Assembly: GCF_006345805.1 (NCBI RefSeq)
Contig: NC_042998.1
Location: 12,152,001-12,216,000, forward strand
DNA length: 64,000 bases
Source: Octopus sinensis
Taxonomy: Eukaryota
Direction: 5' to 3'
Below, piece by piece: positions 1-13,535 of this stretch. A program made the position numbers and the translations under genes. The notes beneath the pieces were generated by a model. It did not search any database, was not told the DNA's origin, and saw nothing but the letters and a program-made list of their open reading frames with translations. The first letter of the stretch is position 1; every line of letters starts with the position of its first letter.

Positions 1-144
1 ATATGTATATATACATATATATATATATTTATACACATACATATATACACATACGCTATCTATGAGACTAGTGACACTGTGTGTCATTTTAAAACTATAT
101 ACTTCGAGGAAGGTTTAGTGCTACCATCCTTGGCGAACGGTTAT

Positions 145-189
145 CCTGTGCCGATGAAGACAAATAACCCAGAAACCATGACCCGCAGG
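145..189 (+). ncRNA. Degenerate minimal type I hammerhead ribozyme motif (Penelope-like relic)
   Basis: cctgtg-CCGATGA-a-...-ccc-a-GAAA-ccatgac-cgcagg. Stem I pairs (cctgtg/cgcagg). U4 is mutated to C, and stems II and III are eroded. Confidence 0.4.
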
Positions 190-348
190 TGCCGCTTATG
201 CTGAGTAGGGACATTAGCTCCCTTGTTCGAGGTATAAGGACACCGTTGTGCATCGGTAGCCAGCTGGAAATGATGTTTTCCTCAGCTTAAAAACGTAGTA
301 ACATCCTCTTGATCATGACTGCAAATGGATCTGTGTGTGTGTCCTCCC

Positions 349-575
<227 letters not shown>

Positions 576-869
576 GTATAGGTGATTAGACAGGCAATTT
601 TAAAGAATAACAGTATAAACATTTCTACAGCTAGTCATAAATTTCTTCACTTTAGTAGCTATTGTTCAATAATTGTTTCAAGTTATAAGTAATTATAAAC
701 TTTTGCAAATTACACGGTATTTGATTTGTGAAATTAACGATTATCATAACTTGCTTAACTCCAGCATTTAAATATGTTAGGTTATTTGTGGCTGAAGTTA
801 ATTGCAACATTATGTTTATTTACAATAAATAAACAGGACTTCTGATTACAATCACACCCTTTAATTAGA

Positions 870-1575
870 AAAAGCACACCCATACACACACGCGCCATTC
901 CAATAGTCACAACAAATACTCACAGACACACACATACACACACACACTGCACCAACAATACAAATAAAACACTCACAAAATTACATCCGAGCATAGGCAT
1001 ATACCACACAGAAAAATAACATACACATACACACGCATGCACACATTCTCACACATACACTTCACCGCAACAAATATAGCACACACACACACAAACGCAT
1101 ACCCAGTACAAACATGCACAGAACGTACACGCTCACAAACACCACCCTGATAAACGTAACACACACGGAGACACACACAATCCCTGACAAATACAACATA
1201 CTCACAAACACATATACACATACATACATATGCACACATACGTTTGCACACTCAAACAGACATATACACACCACCCGGACAATTATAACACTACAAACAT
1301 ACAGAGACACACACATACTCATGTGCACGCACACACCACTCTGACCAAGAAAACACACAAGCATACATACGCACACACAGACGTACACATATACAAACAC
1401 AGACACATACATACACACACAGTATCCTCACAAATGCAAATCACACACATCTACACACATGCACACATCACCCTGCGAAATATAAAACACACACATACAC
1501 AGACCCATACAAACACACACACTACACTGAACTCTAATACCTGTCAAAAACCACCACACACACTCACCCCATATT
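870..1575. repeat. Degenerate CA-rich low-complexity tract
   Basis: Interrupted (CA)n. It explains the HTHT/CVCV ORFs. Confidence 0.85.
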
Positions 1576-1900
1576 GAACTCTCCGACCAGTCGGAAAACC
1601 ACCGAACCATTGCAGACTGCCCCACAAACAATGAGTAAATTTTCACCAATTTATATTTTTAACTTCGCACATCTGCATTGTTTTGTTTTAAAGTTTATCG
1701 TCTACAGTATAGTAGGGTCAGTTGGACACCGTCTATGAGAAAAACAGCACCTTGACGCAATTCACTCTGCCAGAAATTTGGAAACGACATACTGTACTGC
1801 TTAGCATTCGCGCCTGAAGACCCAGTACGAACATTTCAGAGTGTTTGGCTGTCAATTTGAGGATACTGCAATCTGAGGTCATATACTGAAAGTGATAAAA

Positions 1901-2411
1901 ATCAAACAACCAGTCAACATCATGGTGTTTGGAGTCATCGCTAGTAATGGTGATGTTAAGCCTCCATTTATCTTCCCACACGTCCTCACACTCAACACGG
2001 AAGCCTACATCAAGTGCCAGCAGGGAGGTAGTCCTGGCCTGGGTTAAGAGGGTGGATGCTGGAAGGCCCTATGTCTTACAACAGGACTTTGCACCATGCC
2101 ACACAAGCAGGAGAACCAAGCAATGGCTGTCTGTCAATTTCTGTGAAGATATCACACATAACCCCTTTGATTATTATGTGTGGGTCACAGTTGAGCGAGA
2201 GACCAACAAAACTCTTTTTAACACCAAAGATGAACTGAAGGCAAGGATTATGGCAGCATTCACCAGTTTAAACAAGAAGACCGTTCTGAAGAGTTACAGG
2301 AGATTCCCAAGTCGTCTTGAGGTCGTGGTTGAAGCCAATGGCGATTTTATGGAATAAATTTAGTATTTTCATGTTTGAGTAATTTAGACAATTCATTCAC
2401 TGCACCCTGTA
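1901..2411 (+). mobile_element. Tc1/mariner (maT/DD37D-like) transposase 3' fragment with right TIR
   Basis: IKQPVNIMVFGVIASNGDVKPPFIFP...NTEAYIKC, then a frameshift into VLAWVKRV..GRPYVLQQDFAPCHTS...NPFDYYVW...EANGDF*. Ends in CACCCTG+TA. The WPPNSPD motif is deleted. Confidence 0.85.
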
Positions 2412-2817
2412 TACATGTGTGTGTGTGTGTGTGTATGTGTGTGAGAGAGAGCATGTGTGAGTGTGTGTGTGTGCATATGTATAGATACGCGAATGTATAA
2501 ATATGTACCTTCATATAAATATGAAGGTATATATAAATATGTACCTTCATAGGTACATACGTGCGTGTGTGTGCATATCTGTGTGTGTATCTATATGAAC
2601 ATGTTTACCGGTTTATAAAATTATGACGACCATTGTTTAAGCGTAACTCGATTGAATAATTTGCTAAGTGAAGTATGTACTAACGTCGATATAATCTATT
2701 AATAAAACCGTAGGTGATGTCTTAACCACGTTAGAAGTCTATATTTCAATATACATATTTTATAAATATCTACATGAAATTGTGGAATCTACTTAGTAAC
2801 GTATGTAAAGATGCAGT

Positions 2818-2867
<50 letters not shown>

Positions 2868-4068
2868 GAGGGAGAGTATCTAAACTGATATCGATCTGCT
2901 TTAAACAGTGATACAATTTCCTTCAAGGAAAATTCAGCACCATTTCATAGATATGTGATGAATAGATAATCTAGTCCTTGATGCAATATGGAGTGAAGAA
3001 TGTTATAATCATAGAAAGCTTTTGGTGATAGGCATCTTCACATAAACATTAACACCTTTCTGTTGTTCTGATGCAGCAGAATCCAAGGAGACTTTTAAAG
3101 GTGTGAATCAGCCACACTTAGAAAGCAATAAATTGCGAGGTAAAGTTTCGCGGTAAATGTTCCATGATCTTATACTTTGTTTCAACAAAATCAGAGCGAC
3201 ACTTATCACTTTCTCGCTCTCATATGTACAGCAAGATCCTGAAATGAATATTTCAGTCATGTGGGAAAAAAACGTGTGAAGTCTGATGATTGAATGTCTT
3301 TTAACCTGCACCAAAACAATCAATGAATTGAAGAAACAATCCGACTGAATAGCATCTGTAGCACGCCCTTTTTACGGTATAGAATATTTAGGAAAAAACA
3401 AAATGATTGCAGATGCGAGGCACAGTGTATATACAACGAAGCAAGCGCAAGATGAACTCGAGCATATAGCACAAACTGGCATTTTATGAATGAACCAATT
3501 AGCTTTGATAACAATACATTAATTTCATAAACATAACAACAGCTACTTAGTACTTTAAATATCCATATTGTTTACAGAAACTATGTTTCGTAAAATGGTT
3601 TCAGTTATTTATTAGATCATGTGATATGTTGCACTTTTTCATAATACGATACTTCCTTTATGTTTATTTAGACGGGTTATAGAATGATTGGGTAAAATAT
3701 TGCTGTCCTTACAACTATTTGAGTTAAGAGCAATACATCATATTAATAAATAACGACAAGGCCGATCAGGATAATAAATCGTTTTTCTTTCTTGTTACGT
3801 GATACTTGTTTTCATAATGAGAAAAGAAGATTTATATCTGAACCGATGTCGTAAGGAAATATACACAGACGTGTTCAGAGTGCTTCGCTGAATTTCTCTC
3901 GAAATGATAAACAGCAAACAATGGTAAGATAAACATGCTGATTTTATAACTTTTTATTAATTTCCCTTGTATAAATCCAAACAAACAGTATGGTTTTCTC
4001 TTATCTAAATTTTATATTATTCAACTATACTTTCAAAAGTAGATGTTTTCTAGTTCATCCATCTGGGC

Positions 4069-4269
4069 CAGTGCTTTTCAACCTTTTTGCTGGAGCGGAA
4101 CCCCAAGGAAACATTCCACTGACTCGAGGAACCCCTGTGCAATAATTTAATTGTCTTATGCACACATATCTGCACAGGAGAATTAAAAATTACTGTCGAT
4201 TTTAGCATTTTTGTAACTTCTTGCGGAACCCCTGGACTGTACCGGCGGAACCCTGGTTGAAAACCACTG
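4069..4269. mobile_element. hAT (Charlie-like) MITE, 201 bp
   Basis: TIRs CAGTGCTTTTCAACC / GGTTGAAAACCACTG. Perfect 8-bp TSD ATCTGGGC at 4061-4068 and 4270-4277. Confidence 0.9.
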
Positions 4270-4559
4270 ATCTGGGCCAATGAAGGTCATCATTATTTGA
4301 GTTCATTAAAAACGTCTACTTTCTCGCTGTAGAACTACTCTATGTTTATATACATATATACATATACTAGTTTACTCGCTTACAGTGCCCATCTTGATAC
4401 GCGTTCAGCTATATATAGTCAATTTGGATTCATATATATTTTACTGACCTCAAACTATTGAAAATCAAACTAGATCTAGTCTTAGTTTTCTATATCAATT
4501 TCACACCCATCCACGATGCGTTACAGGGGCATACATCAATCAAGTAATTGACTGGCACC

Positions 4560-4850
4560 TTATTATCTCAAGCCAAGATGGATGTAATCGTTATGCATAT
4601 GTGTGTGTGTGTGTATGTGTGTGTTTGTGTGTGTGTGAGTGTGTGTCGCTATGTGTGCATCACTAAAACTCGAGAACTAAGCGACCGATTTCAATCAAAT
4701 TTTACACATACTTTACTAAGGGTGCATGCAGTGTCATGGACCATAGAAATTTTCAAATTCTTGCCAAATGCAAGCCCGGAGCAATTTCTTATCTCTTACA
4801 CTATTTCAGTATTACGTGTCAAAAGTGAAACGATAACATTTCTATTATAA
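4560..4850 (+). mobile_element. Possible non-autonomous Helitron/Helentron-type repeat
   Basis: Internal (GT)n followed by ctcgagaactaagcgaccgatttcaatcaaatttt, a layout recalled from DINE/Helitron-N elements. Ends were not resolved. Confidence 0.4.
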
Positions 4851-4870
4851 AAGTACTTTCATCTCCGACG

Positions 4871-5817
4871 AACATTCTTAGTGGCTTTCTTCTACATGAA
4901 TATGCCCTTTTAATCGCAACATTTTACAGACAGTGACTTTGCACCAAGCTATGTCACTGACCGACCGGATCCTGCACTTTCAGCACCTGGGCCTTCAGCA
5001 CCTACAACACCTGGGCCTTCAAGCAACATAGCCGCCAGGTCTTTTCTTTCACCATTTCAAATCCTTCCACTACCCAAAGCAGGCCCTAGGAAAGAATTAA
5101 CAAGAGGAAGAAAGAAACGTTGTTCTGAAATTCTCACTGACTCGCCGGTTAAAAGAGCAATCATAGAAGAAAAGACAAAAAGTAAAAGTAAAAAGAAGAC
5201 AAACATTGATAAAGGAACGATAGGAAAGGGACTCAGTAAGGGCAGGTCAACGAAGGGAAAAGGTCAAACTTAAGAAAAAAGTTCAAATTCAAGAATGTGA
5301 TACCTCTGATGAGAAAGAGTGCAATTGCTTAGTGTGCTGCGAGCCTTTTTCCAACAGCAAAGGAAGGGAAGTGTGACTTCAATGCTCTGATTGTAAAGGT
5401 TGGGTTCACGAGGCATGCACACCAGGTCTGACAATATTCACATGCCTAAATTGTGACTCTGATGATGATATGTAATGAAACCGTTATAAAGGCCCTTGAT
5501 CATCAAACCAACAAGCTTATATCATGTGTTTCTGTCCACTAACATGTATGTTCCAAGAAAATGCATTCATGTGTCAAAATACCCCGTTATATGTGTCAAC
5601 TTACCCCGGTATCGGGGCAATTAGACACATTTAAGCGGTCTTAGAAAATGCACAAAATATAAACCCAGACAATAAGCAGATGAAATCTCTAGCTTTGTAA
5701 GTCTTCTGCTATGGTTGATTTATGCGTGTAATACAAGATGCAGTACAATACATTAAATAGTATTGCTCTGTCAGTGAAAATGTAAAAAATGTAGTCAACT
5801 AACCCCGGTCTCCCCTA
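4871..5817 (+). mobile_element. pogo-like transposon 3' half: transposase C-terminus with PHD finger, and right TIR
   Basis: NILSGF..PFNRNIFTDSDFAPSYVTDR and PFQILPLPKAGPRK..RGRKKRCSEILTDSPVK motifs. C4HC3 pattern CLVC...CSDCKGWVHEAC...CLNC ending at TAA 5473-5475, with internal stops. Terminus GTCAACTAACCCCGGTCTCCCC+TA, with subterminal copies at 5571-5629. Confidence 0.8.
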
Positions 5818-5915
5818 CATGTCAGTCTACTTTTAATTATTTTTTTAAAGATTATATAGGACTGCTGTAACTCCTCCAGAAATAATAGAGCAATAAACAG
5901 AAGAGTGTCATAGGT

Positions 5916-6013
5916 ATGTGAACTTGGTTGAACGATATTTCGACATCTAGCGTGCCTGTGGCACCTGTGGAAGGCACGCTAGTTGCCGAAATTTCGTTTA
6001 ACCAATTTCACAT
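5916..6013. repeat. Imperfect ~98-bp palindrome (MITE-like fold-back)
   Basis: atgtgaacttggttgaacgatatttcgacatctagcgtgcct pairs with aggcacgctagttgccgaaatttcgtttaaccaatttcacat around a 14-nt loop. Confidence 0.8.
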
Positions 6014-6041
6014 GATAGCTATAATAATAATAATAATAATA

Positions 6042-6102
<61 letters not shown>

Positions 6103-6153
6103 TAATAATGATAATAATAATAATAATAATAATAATAATTATAATAATAATAA

Positions 6154-6708
6154 ATGCCCTGATGCAGTACCAGGCAGTGGCTCTCATGGCTTCTGATCTT
6201 AACTGATTGGAAGTGTTATCATGTACATTGTTTTGCTTTGGTATAAAAGATGGGCTACAGCAAATATTCTGCTCAATACCACAGATTTGCTTGTCAGTTG
6301 TTGACCTTAACCAGTTGAGCATGTCCCTTAGTGGCTGACGATATGTGCATCTCTGATCACGAGCAGAAGTAGTGGGGGAGCATCATAGCCATGTGTTGAG
6401 AGGGATTCTTTGGGGTTTGAATAATTCACCTCTGGAAACATGGGTGGTTTTTTCAATATCCTTAAACAACCCTTATTCAGGGACCGTTTGAGCGGGATGG
6501 GCTACTCAAACTGAAGAAAATTCTAACTGGGCCCCACCTGCAAGGTCATGTGCTGTTTATCTTGATATGAGATCACCATGTCGCGCACATATGGTTGTGA
6601 TGCATGTGCCTGGTGTACCTTTATCAGACGGGTAGTCATGATGGGTATATTGGGCTTCGTATATTTTACCCCAGTGTCACTTTGATGGCATGAACTGCTC
6701 TCTCACTC
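6154..6708. mobile_element. ~555-bp interspersed element in (AAT)n, copy A1
   Basis: Flanked by (AAT)n on both sides. Near-identical to 7505-8060 and related to the B copies and to 39178-39872. Confidence 0.85.
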
Positions 6709-6740
6709 AATAATAATAATAATAATAATAATGATAATAA

Positions 6741-7294
6741 ATGCCCTGATGCAGTACCAGGCAGTGGCTCTCATGGCTTCTGATCTTAACTGATTGGAAG
6801 TGTTATCATGTACATTGTTTTGTCTTGGTATAAAAGATGGGCTCCAGCAAATATTCTGCTCAATACCACAGATTTGCTTGTCAGTTGTTTGACCTTAACC
6901 AGTTGAGCATGTCCCTTAGTGGCTGACGATATGTGCATCTTTGATCACGAGCAGAAGTAGTGGGGGAGCATCATAGCCATGTGTTGAGAACGATACTTTG
7001 GGGTTTGAATAATTCACCTCTGGAAACATGGGTGTTTCGTTCAACGTCCTTAAACAACCTTATTCAGGGACCTTTTGATCGGGATGGGTTACTCGATCTG
7101 AAGAAAATTCTAACTGGGCTCCACCTGCAAGGTCATGTGCTGTTATCTTGATATGAGATCACCATGTCGCGCACATATGGTTGTGATGCATGTGCCTGGT
7201 GTACCCTTATCAGACGGGTAGTCATGATGGGTATACTGGGCTTCGTATATTTTACCCCTGTGTCACTTTGATGGCATGCTCTGCTCGCTCACTC
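6741..7294. mobile_element. ~555-bp interspersed element in (AAT)n, copy B1
   Basis: Shares diagnostic variants (gagaacgatact, gtgtttcgttcaacg, ctgctcgctc) with 8093-8648. Confidence 0.85.
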
Positions 7295-7397
7295 AATAAT
7301 GATAATAATAATACTAATAATAATGATGATGATGATAATAATAATAATAATAATGATGATGATAATAATAATAATAAAATAATAATAATAATAATAA

Positions 7398-7453
<56 letters not shown>

Positions 7454-7504
7454 TAATAATGATAATAATAATAATAATAATAATAATAATTATAATAATA
7501 ATAA

Positions 7505-8060
7505 ATGCCCTGATGCAGTACCAGGCAGTGGCTCTCATGGCTTCTGATCTTAACTGATTGGAAGTGTTATCATGTACATTGTTTTGCTTTGGTATAAAAG
7601 ATGGGCTACAGCAAATATTCTGCTCAATACCACAGATTTGCTTGTCAGTTGTTTGACCTTAACCAGTTGAGCATGTCCCTTAGTGGCTGACGATATGTGC
7701 ATCTCTGATCACGAGCAGAAGTAGTGGGGGAGCATCATAGCCATGTGTTGAGAGGGATTCTTTGGGGTTTGAATAATTCACCTCTGGAAACATGGGTGGT
7801 TTTTTCAATATCCTTAAACAACCCTTATTCAGGGACCGTTTGAGCGGGATGGGCTACTCAAACTGAAGAAAATTCTAACTGGGCCCCACCTGCAAGGTCA
7901 TGTGCTGTTTATCTTGATATGAGATCACCATGTCGCGCACATATGGTTGTGATGCATGTGCCTGGTGTACCTTTATCAGACGGGTAGTCATGATGGGTAT
8001 ATTGGGCTTCGTATATTTTACCCCAGTGTCACTTTGATGGCATGAACTGCTCTCTCACTC
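7505..8060. mobile_element. ~555-bp interspersed element in (AAT)n, copy A2
   Basis: Near-identical to A1, at a period of ~1351 bp. Confidence 0.85.
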
Positions 8061-8092
8061 AATAATAATAATAATAATAATAATGATAATAA

Positions 8093-8648
8093 ATGCCCTG
8101 ATGCAGTACCAGGCAGTGGCTCTCATGGCTTCTGATCTTAACTGATTGGAAGTGTTATCATGTACATTGTTTTGTCTTGGTATAAAAGATGGGTTCCAGC
8201 AAATATTCTGCTCAATACCACAGATTTGCTTGTCAGTTGTTTGACCTTAACCAGTTGAGCATGTCCCTTAGTGGCTGACGATATGTGCATCTTTGATCAC
8301 GAGCAGAAGTAGTGGGGGAGCATCATAGCCATGTGTTGAGAACGATACTTTGGGGTTTGAATAATTCACCTCTGGAAACATGGGTGTTTCGTTCAACGTC
8401 CTTAAACAACCCTTATTCAGGGACCTTTTGAGCGGGATGGGTTACTCGATCTGAAGAAAATTCTAACTGGGCTCCACCTGCAAGGTCATGTGCTGTTTAT
8501 CTTGATATGAGATCACCATGTCGCGCACATATGGTTGTGATGCATGTGCCTGGTGTACCCTTATCAGACGGGTAGTCATGATGGGTATACTGGGCTTCGT
8601 ATATTTTACCCCTGTGTCACTTTGATGGCATGCTCTGCTCGCTCACTC
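8093..8648. mobile_element. ~555-bp interspersed element in (AAT)n, copy B2
   Basis: Near-identical to B1. Confidence 0.85.
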
Positions 8649-9179
<531 letters not shown>

Positions 9180-9639
9180 CTGAATCTGACTGACATCAAG
9201 TGCATTGATGTTATATCGGTTTCTTTTAGCATTGGATTGAGTGACTGCGTATGTTATTCAAACTGAAGTTATTGACTATCCTAAATGAAGGTTATCTGTT
9301 ACATGACAGCAAGCCAGGTGACTTTAGACAAAGACAGATGTATCAAATCATGTGTATAAATTTCCCCATTGAAAATGATTCGCAATTAATTAATCTATTT
9401 AGTAGCTACGTTTTGCCGTAAACAGATTGTCACATGCGTTAATTAAAATTTCTTTAGGAATTTTCATTATGATTACAGTCACTTCTACTTGATTTAGTAG
9501 ATAAGTGCCATACTACGGCTCGTAGCGACATGAACCCCCGTAACATAGTATTTCATCAAGTATAATTCAATTTACAGAGAAATACTTTACTTGTAGAATT
9601 AAGCCATTGACCATGTCTGATAATCTAGACGCCATTATT

Positions 9640-9990
9640 TCTTTTTTATTCATCTATATTAATATAAAACAGGAAATCTTGTAGTCCTCCCGTATTATCT
9701 AGCTTTATGGACACAACGAACGGTTTTGGTTGACATGGTGTTGGCAAGATGGTGGTCTCAATGTTCGACGGTTTTTAGACACGAACTATTTCACTCTTCA
9801 TTGATTCCTCTTTATGAGATTTGCTAGCCCTCGAGATCTGACTAAGTCTTCGATTTTAAATACCGATACGATGCTAGAGACTGCAGGTCTCGAAACATTA
9901 AACGATTCTAAACTAAAGAGTTTATTTAGTGAAATCCCCGAGTCAGCTCGGTCGAACGATTTGGAAATTAGATCGGACAAACATTATTTC
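9640..9990 (-). pseudogene. Decayed LINE (CR1/L2-like) reverse-transcriptase fragment
   Basis: LISKSFDRADSGISLNKLFSL resembles the RT motif DFSKAFDxVDHxILLxKL. A downstream FLFYINID resembles LFLIYIND. Heavily eroded. Confidence 0.4.
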
Positions 9991-10051
9991 CTTAAATATA
10001 AGCATCTGCAAAAACTGTAAAAAAAGATAGAGGATATGTACGAATATATAT

Positions 10052-10117
<66 letters not shown>

Positions 10118-10871
10118 TATAGTACTGGAAAGACAAATATGTAAGAATATGAGTAGATTAGAAATCGAAAGAAGACAAATTTGTAAGGGAGAAATTGAAA
10201 AATAAACATACAACCACTGTCTCACTAGTAACACATTTCGCTCAGAGAACTGGCTGTTTGCATTTGTTACAGAAGATATGTAGATTATTTAGAACTTTTA
10301 AATAAACTTTAATATTATATTTTCTACAGCAATGGCAATGAATAAATTTTAGCGATATTTTCGAGATCAACTTTGTTTTTGATCATTTCGGTGTCGATGA
10401 AATAAGTACCAGTTGAGTCTATGTACTCGAATTATCGGACACTTGAAATTATTGACCTACAACCGAAATTTACTGTCTTTTTTTACAAATTTTCTATTAG
10501 CGTAATTTCTTTTCCGCAAAGGTTTTTACAATTTTTCCATCGCAGCATCTGCATGTATAATAGCTTGTTGCTGGCACCAGAAGTGTCAAATACTTATAAA
10601 TATATGCACACACACACACAAACACGTGTGTGTATGTGCGTGCCTGTGTATTTAATATTTATCGATATCTATTTAATATATATGTGTTTATGTATATATA
10701 TATATAAAATAGAAAAGAGTGAAAAAACTACAGAAGGCTTGTTTTATAAGGTTAAAGAATATATTTAAGTCGTTATGTTAGAAGAATGTTATAAAATTTT
10801 TCATATAGTAACATAGTTTTTGAAGAAATTACCGGTTTCACACACCAACTTTCTCACCTATATATATATAT

Positions 10872-11190
10872 GTTACCGAGATGTACTCGCATAGCAAGTA
10901 ATTTGATCTGAGATCGTGTGCTGAAACGAAAACAATGTCAGCGTGGAAGGTGTTTATAAGCCATTTAAGAAACACACAAAAGCCGTTCGATTCACTTCAA
11001 TATTTAAGTTTAATTTGTCAAAATATTTTCGTCGCTAAAATCCGCTACCTAGCACGGATTTTTGTCAGTGAACAGGTCGTGGATTTTAGCGACGAAAATA
11101 TTTTGACAAATTAAACTTAAATATTGAAGTGAATCGAACGGCTTTTGTGTGTTTCTTAAATGGCTTATAAACACCTTCCACGCTGCAATT
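10872..11190. mobile_element. Penelope-like fold-back repeat with 105-bp inverted arms
   Basis: 10939-11043 is the reverse complement of 11081-11185, with a 37-nt spacer. Flanked by (TA)n. Confidence 0.8.
11061..11110 (+). ncRNA. Minimal type I hammerhead motif with non-canonical G3-C8 core (GUGAACA)
   Basis: TTTGTCA-GTGAACA-G-GTCG..CGAC-GAAA-ATATT-T-TGACAAA. It has a 7-bp stem I, stem II gtcg/cgac, palindromic helix III AATATT, and a predicted cut after 11103. Confidence 0.65.
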
Positions 11191-11197
11191 GTATATA

Positions 11198-11288
<91 letters not shown>

Positions 11289-13417
11289 ATATATATACGT
11301 GTGTGTGTGTATTAGCATTTCACTCTTCTTTAGCAGTAACAAGCTTATTATACATGCAGAAACTGTGATAGAAAAATTCAAATCGATGCCCTCAAATAAA
11401 ATTACACTATATAAAGTAAACACTTTAGTAAAGCAATTAAGTGAGATAGTGAAACTGAGCTGAATTTTGAACAAAGAGATTACTAGGGTCTATTTAAAGT
11501 CATAGTTGCAATAATAAACTATATTTTATTAAGAATTTCAAAAGAAATTGTATCATACGCATATTTGTGTTAATATTTCATTTATCTGACGAATGTGTGT
11601 GTGTTTTCTTTGGACTCAGTCACATTCTGTAGTATATCCTGTGATTACTAGGCACTCTCAACCGCATTAATGCCATGTAATTAGTATTAGCATTGTGCTT
11701 TGTATTGCATAATGTGATAATTATCACGAACTGTTTAGGGAAGCACGTACTGCTTTGCATTAGAATCTTATTTCCGTGCCGCAAGATTGTGGATTTCAAA
11801 ATCTCATTATGTTAGCTATAGCATTATTGTCTGTTAGCTGTTTAAAAAAATATGTTGGATATTTTCTGTGTTTGACTAAACAACATCCATATCAAAGTAT
11901 TTTGTAATTGTCAATATTTCCTTTGTTATTTTACTGAATTATTTCGGTGTACGTATCCGGTATTCTTGATAATAATATATGTTCCTTTTTTATCAGGTGT
12001 ACATCTAGTTTCATACGTAGTACTATGTATGTATAGAATACATTAAAGGAGAGGATAATTTCTACAAAAATCATGATAGTAATTCGGTAATATTTAATTT
12101 TCAAAAAATATTAATTCAGTCCTGGCATAAAATGAGGTTAATAATAGACCACTCCTAACCTCCTGTAAGAAAACGTACCATTCTAGAGTACCTCGTAATT
12201 GCACGTTGAATGACAAATTCTTGTGTATAAATGTATAGTCACCGTGATAAAGACTCACTCAGCTAAGGTCTACATTGATGATAAGATTGACTTTACGTGA
12301 CGTTATCATGCACAACCAAGCACCTTCTCTACTTGTACCACGAAACAATCGACAAGAATTGACACCAATATACAGGACCCAAAGCTAAGAGTATACTCTA
12401 AAATCTGTTCTGCCCCATAGTTTGTCGTAGAACTCCCTACACGGGGAACTGGCAAACTTGCAAATTTTGTTGTCGTGACTAGTTTGTTGCACCAAAACGT
12501 AGTCTGTACAAAATCGTTTCTATGACGAAATCTTCCGCCACTAGTTCTACAAAACTTTCTCTCAACCTAAATCATTATATTTTTTACTGCAAAACGTAGC
12601 GTTCCCTTTGTACACTCTGAAATTCTGTGAAACTCCTCCCTCTCCTTCCGTCCTTTCTTACTAACAAGCTGTGTTTCCACTTGCTAATCCACTGACTTGC
12701 ACCTGTTTCTGTTTTAAATCTGCGCGTATCGCTACCGATATTTACTGTTAATAGCTTCCCTGTTTTAGTCTACAACCTAGCAGACCAGGCTGTTATAGTA
12801 TTCATGTCCTTTCCTCTATAATTTTCCGTACTATCTCTACTCTATTCTTTGTAAATGTTTATATTTATAAACATTTCTAAAAATAAGCATTTTGTCATTT
12901 TCTTTCGATGAGTTTCCGCGTAACATCTCCATTAGAACTTATGGTATTACATACATTTACAACATCAATGTATTACGTTTGAATATGCTTACAGAATAAG
13001 CAATGGAGCTCCCGAAACAGCTGTCAAGATAAGACTATTGCATAACACCTTTTGTTTCCTTTGTTTTTTATATCATATCCTGTACTTAGCATTCCATGTA
13101 AATGTACGCATTATATAGATGTACTTTTATTCTCGTTTCAGTCATCTACCCAAAATCTACCCAAAACGTATTCTTTGTAAGCCTAGTACGTATTCTATTG
13201 GTCTGTTTTGCTGAACCGCAAACTTACGGGAACGTCAACACACCAACATCAGTTGTCCAGCGATGGTGGGGGAAGAAACACAGACACATAAATGTGTACA
13301 TATATGCTTTCATTTTTCCGTGTACCAAATCCACTCACAAGGCTTTGGTCAGCGTCAGGCCGAGTCTATAGAAGATTTCTATAGTAATTTCTATATCGAT
13401 TCCTGAAAAAAAAACAA

Positions 13418-13535
13418 CCATGGCACCAACGTACACATAAGGGCCTCTCCTCCAGTTCACAGTGCATTTTTTGGCGATGTTACGGGTCATGCTAAGATTA
13501 TCCAATGGGCAAGTAAATTTGTCCCTCCCGGAGCA
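13418..13535 (-). pseudogene. Decayed Penelope-like GIY-YIG endonuclease fragment
   Basis: CSGRDKFTCPLDNLSMTRNIAKKCTVNWRRGPYVYVG resembles the CxCRxKxxCPLxxxCLxxNxVYKxxV...YIG region of Penelope-like elements. Confidence 0.45.

Noticed and set aside
3385-3530. KKQNDCRCEAQC frame resembling the start of the peptide's Cys region
   Set aside because: The Cys spacing does not match and there is no leader; likely chance.
6154-8648. Repeat-spacer-like periodicity
   Set aside because: Units are ~555 bp separated by microsatellite in eukaryotic DNA. This is not a CRISPR array, and there are no cas genes.
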